Assembly (NCBI GenBank): GCA_025594325.1
Contig: JANHCV010000004.1
Location: forward strand, 186,001 to 250,000
Length of the DNA stretch: 64,000 nucleotides
Direction: 5' to 3'
Source of the DNA: Blastocladiella emersonii ATCC 22665
Taxonomy: Eukaryota > Fungi > Blastocladiomycota
Both the position numbers and the translations under genes were made by a program. Position 1 is the first letter of the stretch. Every line of letters starts with the position of its first letter. Shown piece by piece: positions 22,801 through 36,206 of the stretch. The notes beneath the pieces were generated by a model. The model ran no database searches, was not told where the DNA came from, and worked only from the letters and a program-made list of their open reading frames with translations.

Positions 22801-24830
22801 GGACACGCAGCCAGCGCCACCTCCCGCAATGGCCCCGCAAGATTGACCCAATCATTGCCCTTGCCATGGCCGCCGTCGCCGTGCCCCAAAACTACTGCAA
22901 GTCGCAGCGGTCGGACCTGCGCAATAAGTGATACAAGGCCATGATGAAGGAGATCAAGTCGCTCATCCTCAACAAGACGTGAACTGTGGTCACAAAAGAC
23001 CAGGTCCCTTGCGGCGCTGACATCATTGGGTCGCAATGGATCTTTGCGCACAAAGCTGCCAAGGACATCCACAAGGCGCGCCTTGTCGCGCGAGGAGACC
23101 AACAACGCGTTGGGTTTGGCGTGTTTGAGACGTTTGCGCCAACGGTCACGTACACGTCAATCCACACCTTCTTTGCAGTTGCCGCGTCTTGGCGCTGGGC
23201 GGTACACGCCATGGACGTCTTGCTGGCCTACGTACACGCCAAGCTGCCCGTTCCCATGTACATGCGCCCGCCACCCAGTATTGGTGCCGCCAACAACAAG
23301 ATCTACCGCCTTGACAAGTCGCTGTACGGGCTCAAGAACGCTGGTTGTGAGTGATACCTCCACTTGCGCTGCATCCTTGAGAAGATTGGGTTCCAGGCCA
23401 CCACTGCCAACTTGTGCGTGTTCACGCGCAACATCAATGGCAAGGTCACGTCAATCGCGTGCTACGTTGACAACCTCCTTGTCTGCGGCGACAACCCCAA
23501 GCAGGTCACCAAGGTCAAGGCCGACCTCGCTGCTGTCCTAAACATCAAGGACCTTGGTCTTGCCAACTCGTTCCTCAACCTTGAAGTCGTGCAGGCCAAC
23601 GGGTAGGTACATCTGGATTGGCCAGGCCAGGTACACAAACAACCTCATCAAGCAGTGGGACCTCAGGCCCACGCGGGCTGGCATCCCAATCTCCCAGCTG
23701 CTGTCAATGGGTGTCACGGGTCCCGCAACGTCTCGACCACTGCCAGTTCTTACACATGGCGCCAACCACAATGAACCAACAGTATCATTGTCCGAGTCAA
23801 CCAAGGCCACGGTCAAGCTTGACATCGCGTGTACGCGCAAGTACCAGTCGATCCTTGGCGCGCTGCTGCACCTTGCCACTGTGTTGCGGCCCAATATTGC
23901 GTTCGCAACCAGGATCGCGTCACGCCGTGCATCATGTCCGACCCTTGCCAACTTGAAACTTCTTAACCAGATCTGCCGCTACGTCGCACGCACGCCACAC
24001 CTCAGGCTCAAGTTCAAGAAGGGCTTTGACCTGCAGAACTTGATGGAGAGCTACGTCGATGCCAACTGGGCCGGCGACCAGGTGTCGCGCCACTCAACTA
24101 CGGGCGTTGTCATCTCGCTTGCTGGCGCCGCCATGTCCTGGATGTCCAATCGCTTGGCATGGGTCGCGCTGTCCACAGTTGAGTCAAAACTCAACACAAC
24201 CACCAAGGCAATGTGCGAGGTCATCTGGGGGCGCGAGCTTGTTGAGTCCATCACGTACACCAAGCTTGGCACGCATGTCATCTTCAAGGACAACCAGCCC
24301 CTCACTGTGACCAACAGCGTCGCCGCTCCAATAAGCACATCTCGGTGCGCATGCACTTCCTGCACAAGAAGCGCGAGGCCAAGGAGATCAAGCTCAAGGA
24401 GGTCGAGAGCGAGAAGAACCTTGCCCACTTCTTCACCAAGCCCACTGTTGCCCGTGACAAGTTCAACAAGTCAGTGATGGTGGTACTTGGCCTTGTAAAG
24501 CACCCGCTTGTCAAGACCAAGGCCACCCACGCCTCCCTCCAGCCAAGAGCCAGGGGAGAGTTGGCAAAAAGTCTCCAAGTGGGTGCGAGACATGAGACGC
24601 GTCTTGCATCGCGTCATTCCATCTGATAGTTGTGCCATCACATGGCCCGCCAATTGGGGCTTCCAACCTCCCTCTCGCCGCCCAGTTCCTGCCGCCTCCG
24701 CCGGCATCTTGATTTGGCACCCTCTCCCTCCCCATTGTGTTCTGGATCGATCCTACTACATCAGTTCTTACCTTGTGTGTCACTACTGTCTCCTGGTCGT
24801 TCTGCACATGTAACTAGCGACCTCTGACCA
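19880..24830 (+). mobile_element. Degenerate, 5'-truncated Ty1/copia LTR retrotransposon (gag-like coiled coil, integrase, RT, RNase H, PPT, probable 3' LTR)
   Basis: Copia domain order: KDALYIPNL, HCRLGH...CIAC (integrase Zn finger), integrase core (DGKGAF, GNGSAKR), RT (KARLVARG, LYGLKNAG, YVDN), RNase H (DANWAGD...STTG). PPT AGGGGAGAG at 24552-24560. Many stops and frameshifts; no matching 5' LTR. Confidence 0.92.
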
Positions 24831-25009
24831 ACCTCGTGCGTGAGCGCTACACTTGTGTCAAGTGCGATCGCATCGCAATCCAAACCAGCTTTTGCTCTTC
24901 CATTTGCGTGTGAAAGCGTGATGAAAGCGTCCGTCGCGACGGTCGCGCGCTACGGCGGGAATCCGCGCAACAACAAACACAACCCCATGGCATCGCCTCG
25001 GACGTTAAA

Positions 25010-28000
25010 ATGCCCAGTCTAGTTTGGGAGTCGTTGATTTGGCCGAGGTCAAGTGCAGTCACAACGTGGCGACGGAGTGGGGTCGTCAAGGAGGTCCCAA
25101 ACTGCCGTTTAATGCGTGAATCTGGTCGGGGAGTGTTGAGTCCTGCTGGCGCAAAGTTCGAATCTGGTAGGCTCGCCCCGACAGCCCTGACCGCAGCGGT
25201 GGTGCCGGTTCTCCTTTTTCCCTCGCTGTGCTCCTTTTTTTCGGTCCTGCCAACACGTTTTCGCCCCCGCCAGAATTGTTGCTGCTTTTTGTTTGCTTTT
25301 ATTTTTGAATTGAACTCGAGTGGGAACGATCACCTGTACTTTCTTTTCGAGCGCGACTGGCGAGGCCGAGACGCACCGCACGCGTCTCGACGCGTCGCGA
25401 TTGGAGTGGCAGGGACGTCACGTTGATGTGAGAAGCGAGCGAGCGAGTGGCGGCGGCGCCGCCCAGCTCAGCTCGCGCGCGCGACTTGACCAAAACTCCA
25501 CCCTAGGTAGCACGGTGAATCATGGAAAACGCTCCCATGCAACTACATGCATTGCATTTATCTCGTTCAGGCCATGCGAACAGTGAGTGCCGCTCTTGTC
25601 CCGCACGGACTCTAGTGCAGCCAGCGCGGGTCGAGCTGAGTTGAGCGGGCGACGACTCGTTGCTGTGGAGCCCCGCGCCAGGCCGTCGTCAGCTTTCCAC
25701 CCGTCGCACCTTGTTGCGCTTCGATTCTACGAAGTACTGGTGCGTGCGCTTATCGCTGCTGCGCCCGAATTGGAAGTCGTAGGCGATGATGCTGGCGCGT
25801 GATATCATTGCCTCCTCGACACGTCAATATTTTGAAGCACTTGGGGCAAGTGCCAGAATTGTGGAAGTTTGCAAGCGAGAACACGGACATCATGCCTCGG
25901 TCAACCGAACACTTGCACGTATTGCTGACTGTGCAGTGTAGACGATGATTTCAGTGGGCGAGCAGGGTCGCGCGGTCCGGCAGAGGACGAGTGCGCGTGC
26001 CGCCGTTTGGAGCTATTCTCCCGACGGGCAGAGCGTCGTCATTCTATTTGGACGGGATGCTTGGTCGTCGCGGCGGCCGAACTGGGGAACGAGGTAAATC
26101 AACAATGTCGGGAACAGGGAGAGGATTTGGCGCGGACATGCGCTTCAGATACTTGAGGAGCTTGAGGAACTTGGTGGCCATGGTCGCCTTAGGAACCCTG
26201 ACAACGCCGTGACGGCACGCGAGCATCGCGATACGGCGCATGTCAGTCACCTGCTCAAGGTTCTGGAGCGGCAGGTTGGCAGCCAATCGTCGCTAGCATG
26301 TTCACTCCAGACAGGTTGAGTGGGGCTAGATATCCACAGGGCTAAGATGCTCGTAGATCACAGTGATCTAGTAAGATCATCGTGACCCACCGCTGCGTGG
26401 TGACCCCCCATTTCCCAATGGAGTCCTTGAGGCGCGCGAGGTTCTCCGCCAGCGAAATTTGCGGCGGCCACGCGGGTACGTGAAGCACTGCGTCGTCGGC
26501 TTGGACGTACATGTTCCAGCCAATGGCGGCCTCGACCACAATGACCATGGCCTCGAAAACGTATCCTTGCTCCAATATACACGAATGACGATGGCCACGA
26601 CAAGTTTCATTCAGGGTAACCCTGTCTTTGCGTGACGGTATTTCATCCGCCGAATTCCGTCAAAAAACTCGTGCTTGACACGACGATATGAGGTTAAGTT
26701 GAAGCGTACTCGACTGGGAGGAAGCTTGGCACGATGGACGTGCGATCTTGGCGGAGATGAAGATCGAGGTGGTGAAGAGGTTCACAAGCGGAGACGGTGA
26801 AGATGTTCACGAGAGGAGACGGTGAGGAGGTTCACGAGAGGACAACAGGCTGTATGGTGGCTAATACTAGCAACTGGTCAAAGAAACAAGAGAGAGAGGG
26901 GATGCGGGGGCGCGTCGCCCGATGTGAGCGGGCCGACGCGTCGCTCGGTGAGGTGAGGCGGTCCGCGGCGATGACAAAGGAGATCGGCGCAGTGCGCGTG
27001 ACACGCGTGACGCAGGCGGGGTCGCACGCGTCCGGTGACTGTGGCGCAACGCGGTCACGTGTACTTGAACTGGTTATGAGCACGAGCGTTGCTTTCTCTG
27101 CACCCGCGCCGCACCCGCCCGCTGGTAAGCTCATGAACGAGCAGCGCAAACTTTCGCGGCTACATGCGCGTCGTAACAATCGAGCGGCTCCAAATCACAC
27201 TCGCCTTATCTTGCGCGAAAGGACACTCGTTGTTGCTGTCGCTCAAATCATATAAGCTTCTCATACACGGAATCGGACTCGTTGGACAGCATCCTTGGCG
27301 TGATCGCTGACTTGATCGCATCACCAAACCGCGCCCCAGTCAAACAAAATCGATCGACCATCGATCCACCCTTTGAATGGGTCGGACCCAGTGCAAGTCG
27401 ATCGACGTCGACCCGATATGTTACGTTTCCGATTGATCTGGCCTGATGCGTCGATCCAGTTTGCACGTGCACTTGAACGACGCGTCGTGTGACCACTCGA
27501 ACAACTATCGAACGAGATCTTTCCCGCCCGATTGATAAAAGTAACATGTTGATCGGGTCCGCTGCAAGCGTCAAACGATTACTCGAAAGACTCGGTCTGG
27601 ACCTTGAGTGACGCACCGAATGAGATGCCATTTGGTATATATATGCGCAGTAGCACATGCTGGATGGGTGGGAAGGACAGGAAGAGCCGACGAAGCGGGC
27701 CGCAGCGTGGTCGGCGACCCGCCCGTGCGACGAGCGACGCGTCGGCGCGCAGGCGGTTGTCCGTGACACACGCCGCGAGCCCCGTCGCCTTGGCCGCGGT
27801 CGCCGTCAGTCCTGCTTCTTGACTGCTCGCGTTGTTGATGGACTTGAGCTGCTCGACGGCCGACTCGAGCAGGTGGACCTTGAAGGCGGTCGGCGAGGGC
27901 AGCGGCGCGCGGTGCAGCTGGTTGACTTGAGGAGGTACTCGAGCAGCAGGTGGTGGGGACGCGCGGGGACCGAGTTGATCTCGTACATCAGCGTGAGTCC

Positions 28001-31000
28001 GAGTTCTCGACCCGGCCGTGAACGCAACCCGACTCGACAGCGAGTGCAGCAGGAGCCTGGCTTGTTCAGCTACTGCGAATGCGTAACGGTCAACCAGGAG
28101 TCGGGATACGGGAAGGTCGGACCGGGTTGCAGACCTTGACCATGAACGAGTACGCGGCCGAGTGCGGGCTTGAGGGCAGCGCCGACCGGTCGGTGGGCGA
28201 GCGCCGCAGCAGCTTGCCGTGGTAGATCGAGCCTATGGGTGACGTGGCGGCGACGAGTGAGCGATGATCAAGAAGGTGTTGGGCGAGCGGGTCGTGTCAG
28301 CAGGCACCAGGTCAGACAGAACCCGAGCGCACCAGCTAGCTCGCGTGCGGAAGAACCGGACAGCGCCGATGTGCCAGGCGATTAATCACGACGAGTACAA
28401 GAGGGATGGAGCCCGTACCGCATGACCTCGGGCGTGCCGCAAGGGCGGACGACGAGGCGGACCTTGCCGCTGCAGCGTGGTGTACTTGATGACCTACTCG
28501 AGCCGGCCGTGTCAGTGTTGGTCCGCGAGGACGCCGACCGAGTCGCATGCCTCGAACTGGAACTCGCACGCGCAGCCGAGCGCGTGCTTGAGGCCAGCGA
28601 CGACCCGAGCAGCGAGACCTCGCAGCGTGTTCTTGATCGTAGTTGAGTTTTGTTGTCGTTGACCGAGGCTATGGGCGACGTGGCGGAGACAAGCGAGCAA
28701 AAAGTCAGGCGAAGAGTCCAATCGACGCGAGCACGCGAGCCACGTCGCCAAGACCTGCACCGACGGACAACACGAGCGAGACCGCTCGAGAACTCGAAGC
28801 TCGGCGGTGCCCGCACGCAGCGCGAATCGCGCCGAGAGCGCGAAGGAGAAGGACCGTACCTCGCGGGCTTGGGCGCGTTGTGCGCGAGTTGACGCCGCAG
28901 GTGAGGGTCAGCCCACTTGCCGCTGCTTGGCGTACTAGGTGCCCTACTCATGGCGGCCGCGAACGTGTTAGTCTCGGTCCACAGGAGAGGTAGACCGAGT
29001 TGCACACCACGTACCTTGTCGCGACCTTGTTCAGGATCAACGCCGACGCGTCTCCGCGGACCTCACGAGAGCCGTTGCAGCTTGAGGTGCTCGAGGTGCT
29101 CGTCGAAGGCTAAGAAACAGGGCAAAGCGGTCGTAAGGTGAGTGCGTCAGTGAGCGAACGGACAGCCGGCGCGAAAGGCGTGGGAACGCGGCGTGGACAT
29201 TGAGCGCAGCGGGCGCGAGTCCCGTCGACGCGTGCAGGGCGTGTCGGCGGACTCGAGGCATGACTGCAGATACACGTCGCGGGGGAGGAGAAGGCAAGAG
29301 ACGCATACTGTGGAAGTCACCAAGCGGCGCGGGCCCGTGGCGGCGTCGGGCGGATGCGCGTCGACATGAGTTACATGGAGGTCGAGGGGTGGTGGTGCAG
29401 GCGGTTGCACGAGGTCGCGGGTATCGAGCGGGTCGATGGCATGGTTGGTGGTGATGGGGCGAGGGAGCGCGAGCCGCCGCGAGCAAAGTCCCGAAACGAT
29501 CGACGCGCTCCCGTGACGTTTGCTTCGACGCGTTTCGCTCCTCCCTTCGCAGCAGCGGCGCTCCCTCCTCCCGGCGGCAGCACCGCGGCGTCGCACCTAT
29601 GACTGATCCATGAATTACTTCCTGCAAGCATGTGGCTGCGCCGTGAGCTCTGGAATTTGGTCGATACAGACCTGCTGGCAAGCAAGCCGCGCCGCGGCGC
29701 TCCTCTCGCGTGGAGAAGGTCGTCACGGCGGTCGTGAGGGCTCTCACATCTTGAAGCTTTATGAGTCGCAAGTAAGGTGTTTTGCTCGCGTTGTTGCCCT
29801 CCGTCGCGCTTGGTCGAGCGGAAACGCGCACCTGGCTCGTCAACCTGGAGTTGGACGGCATGCAGCTCGAAAGCACGGTCGTTGAGCATTTCCACCTGTA
29901 CCAGTCGGTGCCGCACGTCGTTCCGCCGGGCCTCTACGTCGTGCAGACGTTTCCTCTCCGTCCCACGCAGCCCGCCACGTGTGAGTTCCATCCACATTGT
30001 GCCGCCGTTGGCCATCTCGGCCTTCCTTCCTGTCGCGCCGAACGGGAACCGCCCCTCGTTGGCGCACTAGGGCGGGTACACCGAGTACCTCATCGCCGTG
30101 TACGACGACGACGCGAGCCTCACGCTGCTCACGATGCCGCAGATCTCCAACTTTCTTGACTCAATGGACCGCCGCGATCCCGAAGGCGCGAACCCGACGA
30201 TTGGCAACGCGCTGGAAGCGCACGAGCCTGAGCATGGCGATACAGTGCAAAGTCGATGCGCTACTTAACGGATAGCTCATTCTCATCAGTGGATTCGGAG
30301 CTGCAAATTAGCTGGAACTCAATCGGCGCGAGTGGAGACGTCCTTTGAGGCACGTCTCGCGCCGCTCGACCACTTGTCTGACATTCTGCTGGGACAGATC
30401 GGCATTTTATCAATCGGCGCGGGGCATATCTCGATCCACACTCGTTCGATGAGTCGTTCGAGCTTTTAACTTGATCGATCAATCATGTCCGTAGGTCGAA
30501 TGACAAGCAAGTCGACCAACAGGTCGAATGACTTGAGCTCACGCTGATCAATACTCATTCGACGCGTGGATCGATTTTCTCGGCCATCTCGAACGAGAAC
30601 AAGTCGATCGACTCTGGATCGACTTGGCGGGTCCGGCGCGGCTTGGTGATGCTCATGACTAGTAGGGTCAGCACACCGCAAAAGACGGGGCTGGCAGCGA
30701 TTGCAAAGCAAGCGATGAAGAGGCCATCGTGAGGCACGCCGGCGAGGATATGGTGATGATGGGACCGATCAACACGTTCATATCGTCAGTTACTGGAATG
30801 ATTTCGTGCGATGAACGGGCTCGTGCCATCGGTTAGTTCAGTTAGTTCAGGCAAGCGAACGCGGCAAAGGAGCTGAATTTCGGCTCATCTGCCAACTCGG
30901 ACAAGGGAGAACGAGGAGGAAACACGAGTTTTGTATACGAGGCTAGTAAATTTGGCGGTGAAATCCCAAGGATCCGGATCACACCGTCTTGCCGAGATTC

Positions 31001-34000
31001 TGGCGCTTGACCAGCTTGGCGTAGAGACCCTTCTTGTCGAGCAGCTCAAAGTGCGTGCCCTGCTCGACCACGCGGCCGTCCTTGACGACCAGGATGAGGT
31101 CGACGCGCTGGATCGTCGACAGACTACATACAGGTCGGCGCGAGAGTCGGTCGGTCAGGTCAGGAGTTGGTGGTGTTCTCGTTCGCGCAACCAAGGAAAA
31201 GGAACGTACCGGTGCGCGATCGTGATGGTCGTGCGGCCCTGCGACGCCTTGTCGAGCGTGTCCTGGACGATAACTTCAGACGCCGAGTCGAGCGCCGAAG
31301 TCGCCTCGTCCAGCAGTAGACAGGCAACTGGGTGCAAGCGGGTGCGAGCGGGTGCAAGGGGGAGAGGGAGAGGGAGAGGGAGGGGGAGGGGGCACGCGAG
31401 TGAGTCGGGAGGGTCGGTCGGTCGGTCGGTCAGCCGTGACGCGCGACAAGAAAACGTACGGTTCGGCCGGATCAGGGCGCGCGCAATGGCCACGCGCTGC
31501 TTCTGCCCGCCCGACAGCTGCGACGAGGTGACGAGCGTCTCGTACTTTTCGGGGAGGCCCTCGATAAAGTCGTGGATGTTGGCCGCCTTGGCCGCGGCGA
31601 CGACCATGTCCATGGTCACGGGCTTGCCGTCGGGCACGCCGTACTCGATGGCCTCGCGCAGCGTGCCAATGAACAGCGACGGCTCCTGCGACACCACGGC
31701 CAGGTGCTCGCGCATCGACTGCAGGTGCCACTGCCGCACGTCGGTCCCGTCGAGCTTGACGTTGCCCGCCGACACGTCGTAGAGCCGCTGCAGCAGCGCG
31801 AGCACGGAGCTCTTCCCCGAACCCGAGGGGCCACACAGGGCAAGTGATTTGCCGGCGAGCTGCGAAAAGTCGATGCCGCGGAGGATCGGCGCGTCGGGGC
31901 GCGTCGGGTACGCAAACTCGGCACCCGCGACCTCGACGGCGCCCGCCACGTCGACGAGCCGCGCGCCCTCGGTGCTGTCGATGTCGATCGGCGGCACGCG
32001 GTCGACGAGGTCAAAGTACGCAATGGCCGCGGCCTTGGCCTTCTGCGCGTTGCCCGTGAAGGTCGCCGCCTGCGCAAACGAGATGGACGCGAACAGCAGC
32101 ACGAAGATGACGCGGAACAGGTCGGCCGAGGTGATGACGCCGTCGCGGACGAACAGGTACCCGACGCCGAAGCACACGGCGTACAGCAGGAACTGCACGG
32201 CCTGCGAGTACCCGAACCCCCACGACCCGATGAGCGCCTTGCGGACGCCGATGCGGTACGGCGCCTTGATGTTCTCGAGGTACCCGTCGGCAAAGTCGCG
32301 CTCGCGCGCCAGCGACTTGACCGTCGCAATGTTCTGGATCGCGTCGCACGCGCGCTGCGCGGCCGCCCCGTACGCGAGCCGGCTCTTGCCAACGGCGCCC
32401 GTCGTCACGGCGGCCTCGAGGTACGACCCGAGGGCGAGGAACGGCACGGCGGCGAGGACGGTCAGCGTCATCTGCCACGAGTAGTAGAAGGCGAGCGCGA
32501 CGCCGCAGCCCATGGACACGACGAGCTGGATCAGGTTGGCGGCGTTCGGGCCCGTGAGGTTCTGGATCCGGTCGGCCTGCTCGGACAGCTGCGCTGTGAG
32601 GGTGCCCGTGCCGTGCTTCTCGTCGTCGAACCAGCCCGTCTCCTGGCGCAGCATGGCGCGGAACGCCGTCTCGCGGATGCGGCGCGTGAGCCGCTCGCCG
32701 GCGATCCCAAAGCACCCAAACTGGAACAGCGAGATGAAGAAGTTGCCGACCGTGAGCCCAATGAACACCCACGTCCACACGAGCGCCTTGCGCGTGAGCT
32801 CGTCCTTGTCCTGGATCGCGAAGACCGACAGCACCTCGGCGAGGATGATGCCGAACGCGGGGAGGAAGGCGCCGGCGACCGAGCCCATGAGCACGCCGAC
32901 GGCCAGGAACGGCCACTCCTCGCCCTGCAGCTTGACGACGCGCCACAGCGACACGGACCGCTCCTTGAGCAGCTTCTTGAGCTCGGCCTTTTCGCGCTCG
33001 GCCTTTTCGAACTCGTCGAGGGCGGGCTTGGTGGTGGTGGTGGTGGAGGCGAGGGCGTCCTTGGACGTGGCCTTCTTGGACTCGGAGGCGGCGGCGGCGG
33101 TGATGGCGGCCTGCTGCTCCTCCTCCTCCTCGGCACCGTCGTCGTCCGAATCGTCCGACTCGGACTCGGCATCGGCGGCCGTGGTGATATCGGCCGTGGA
33201 CGCCGTCTTGCGGGTCTTGAGCTCCTGCGCCTTGACGAGGCCGGCGTACACGCCGCCGCGCTGGAGCAGCGAGTTGTGGTTGCCGCGCTCGATGATCTGG
33301 CCCTTTTCGAACACGAGGATGACGTCGGCGTCGCGAATGGTCGAGAGGCTACGCGCGGGCAGGGAGAAGACGTGGTTAGTCGGGTCGCGGCGGCCCAAAA
33401 ACGCGCCGGGAAACGTACCGGTGCGCAATCACGATGGTCGTGCGGCCCTGCGACGCCTTATCGAGCGCGGCCTGGACAATACCCTCGGACGCCGAGTCGA
33501 GCGCCGAAGTCGCCTCGTCCAGCAGTAATATACGGGGTGCACCGATCAGGGCGCGGGCTACGCGGTCGCGGGGGTCGCGGGGGTCGCGGGGGTGAGTCGC
33601 GCTGGTGGTCGGACCAGTCAGACGCGGACACGGTCGAGAGAGCGTACCGATCGCGATGCGCTGCTTCTGGCCGCCCGACAGCAGGCTGCCGCGCTCGCCG
33701 ACCATGGTCTGGTACCCGTTGGGCAGCTTGGAGATGAAGTCGTGCGCGTTGGCGTCGCGGCACACCTGCTCGAGCAGCTCCTGCGTCACCACGAGCCCGT
33801 CGGGCGCACCGTACGCAATGTTCTCGGCAATGGTCGTGTCAAACTACATGTGGTACGACGAGCGTCGGTCAGTATCCGCTTCACGAAAGCATCGCCAAGT
33901 CCAAGTCGAGACAAGCGTACCAGAATGGGCTCCTGGCTGACCAGACCGACGTTCTGCCGCAGCCACTTGAGCGGCAGGTCGTTGATCGGGGTCGAGTCGA

Positions 34001-35219
34001 TGAAGATGGTGCCCGAGAGCGCCTCGTAGTACCGCTCCATGAGCTGGATGCAGGTCGACTTGGCCGAGCCCGAGGCACCGACCAGCGCGACCGTGGTGCC
34101 GGCCTGGGCCGTGAAACTGATGCCCTTGAGCACCTCGACGTCGGGGCGCGACGGGTACGCGAAGCGCACGTCGCGGAACTCGACGCTGCCGTCGAGCTTG
34201 GCCGGGGTCACGGCGCCGTCGACAATGGTCGGCTTGCTCTCGGCGACCTCGAACAGGCGGTACCCGGCGCCGCGCGCCTTGGACATGGCCTGGAACGACG
34301 GCGACAGGTTGATGATCGAGAAGGCGCCCGTGGTGATGGCGAACAGGCATTTCTACGTGGTGCGGGAGCGGAATCGAGAGGGGTGCGCGCGTCAGTTGCA
34401 GTCCGATAGGTGATGCGAGTGAGAGAGGGCAAGTACCAGAACGTCGCCGCCGCCAACCTCGCCGCTCACGGCGAGGGTCGAGCCGTACCAGAAACCGATG
34501 CCGAACAGCAGGTACAGCAGGCCGAAAAAGACGCCGAACCCGGCGCCCGAGATCCACGCCTTCTTCTCGCCCTCCTTGACGGTGCCGGCGAGCAGCTTCG
34601 AGTACTTGCGGAAGGCGCGGTCCTGGCCGCCGAACGCGGCGACGGTGCGGATGTTGGCGAGGGCCTCCTGGGCAACGGCGCCCGCGGCGGCGTAGGCCTC
34701 CTGCGAGCGGCTGGCGCCCGCGGCAAAGGCCTTGCCGACGACGATGCCCGAGATGCCGAAGGCGGGCAGCGTCGCGATCAGGACGAGGGTGAGGCGCCAC
34801 GACTGGGTGAAGGCGATGGCGAAGCCCGAGATGAACTGGATCGTGTAGGCAAACGCCTGCGAGGCCTTCTCGGAGATGCCCTCCTGGTACATGAGCGTGT
34901 CGGAGGTGAGCTGGGTGGTGAGGTCGCCGGCCTTGTGGGAGTCGAACCAGGCGAGGTCCTGGGCCATGACGGCGTTGATGAACTTTGTGCGGACGCGGCG
35001 GGCCTGGCGCTCGCCGGCCCACATCCACATGGCCTGCATCAGGTAGGCGGCGACCATGGTGCCGAGGCCGACGGCGACAAAGAAGATGACCTGGTCGATG
35101 ACGCGCTTGCGCAGCGTGTCGAGCGCCGCGGCCACGACGGCGGGCGGCAGGCCGGGCGTCGCGCGCACGCCCTCGTACACGAGGAACGGCTGCACAATGT
35201 CGCCGAGGATCACGGACAG
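25010..35219 (-). repeat. Right arm of the 10,210-bp inverted duplication
   Basis: Reverse complement of 1515-11724. Substitutions were seen only at 25533 (vs 11201) and 25080 (vs 11654). Confidence 0.97.
30979..35219 (-). pseudogene. 5'-truncated duplicate of the ABCB gene (lacks codons 1-153); may be rescued as a chimeric gene by splicing from an upstream exon at 35920-35291
   Basis: Mirror of 1515-5755 with the same introns. It begins at codon 154 (LSVILGD), directly preceded on the minus strand by GCTGAC...TTCCCCTTCCCCCAG. Confidence 0.85.
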
Positions 35220-36206
35220 CTGGGGGAAGGGGAATGTCAGCTAGTCAGCTTAGCGTCACTCTAAGGCTAGGTGCGAGACTGAAAGCGCACCAGAGACACA
35301 GCGCGCTCGGCTTCGTCATGGGGGGCGACGTGCAGCCGAGACACAGTCAACGCTCGGGATGAGCGGGGCCCGCGCGCCCGCAGACGATGCAGCAAGTTGC
35401 GCGGAGGTTCATGGGTTGCATGGCGTCGGTGGGTGGGTGCTGCGGGAGAAGCGACGCGACGCGACCGGACTCGTTCGCCACGACGGCCACCGCGTCGACA
35501 TCCGCGGGCAGGGCCCAGGGCAGGGCCCCTGACGTGGCGCTCCGCGTCGCTTTCGCCGAGCACCGTTCCCAAAGAGGTTTGACTTGCGGGCGGCGTGAGC
35601 GTCGGGGCGGGTCCGAGAACGCCCGCGAAGGGTTCTGTTCGGACCCCCAACCCTCTCGGCACGAGGCCGCCGCCGCCGTCCAACGCCCGCTCTCTCTCTC
35701 GAAACGCTACCATGTATCCTGCTCGCCACCGCCCATGACGCGACCAGACGCACCGAGGCGAACCGACCTGCGCCCGTAGCGCGGCCAGCGCGAGGCTCGA
35801 TCGCGCCCGATCGCGGCGCCGCCGCACGCACCCCGGCCGACCCCCTCTCCTCGCTCGCTCGGTCGGCGGTGGCGTGACGGCTGTCTCCCGTCTCCCACTC
35901 GGCAGTCCTCCCACGCTCATGGCGGCGCGGTGACAGGTTGGTGCTGGACGGGCTGGGCGGCCTGCTGGGCGTCCGCGCGCCTGCCCTCGCCGCCGTACAC
36001 GCCGCCCTGCTCGCCCTCGCCCTCCGTCCCCGCCGGCTCGCCGTGTGCCTCTTGGTGGCTACTCCTAGTCCACGCTCTCGCACTCCACCTTGCTTTCCGA
36101 CGCCCTCGGCGCATCGCATCTTGCAGCACAGCCCACCGTACGTCCGCACCCTGGGCTGCCCGGCGCGATCTCGCAACCGAGCGCTCACCCGCCCCGCCGA
36201 ACGTAG

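Noticed and set aside
35236-35270. CTTAG-N7-CTAAG hairpin plus CTAG as a Helitron 3' end at the junction
   Set aside because: The stem is only 5 bp, the spacing to CTAG and the A/T insertion context do not fit, and an intron reading explains the sequence better.
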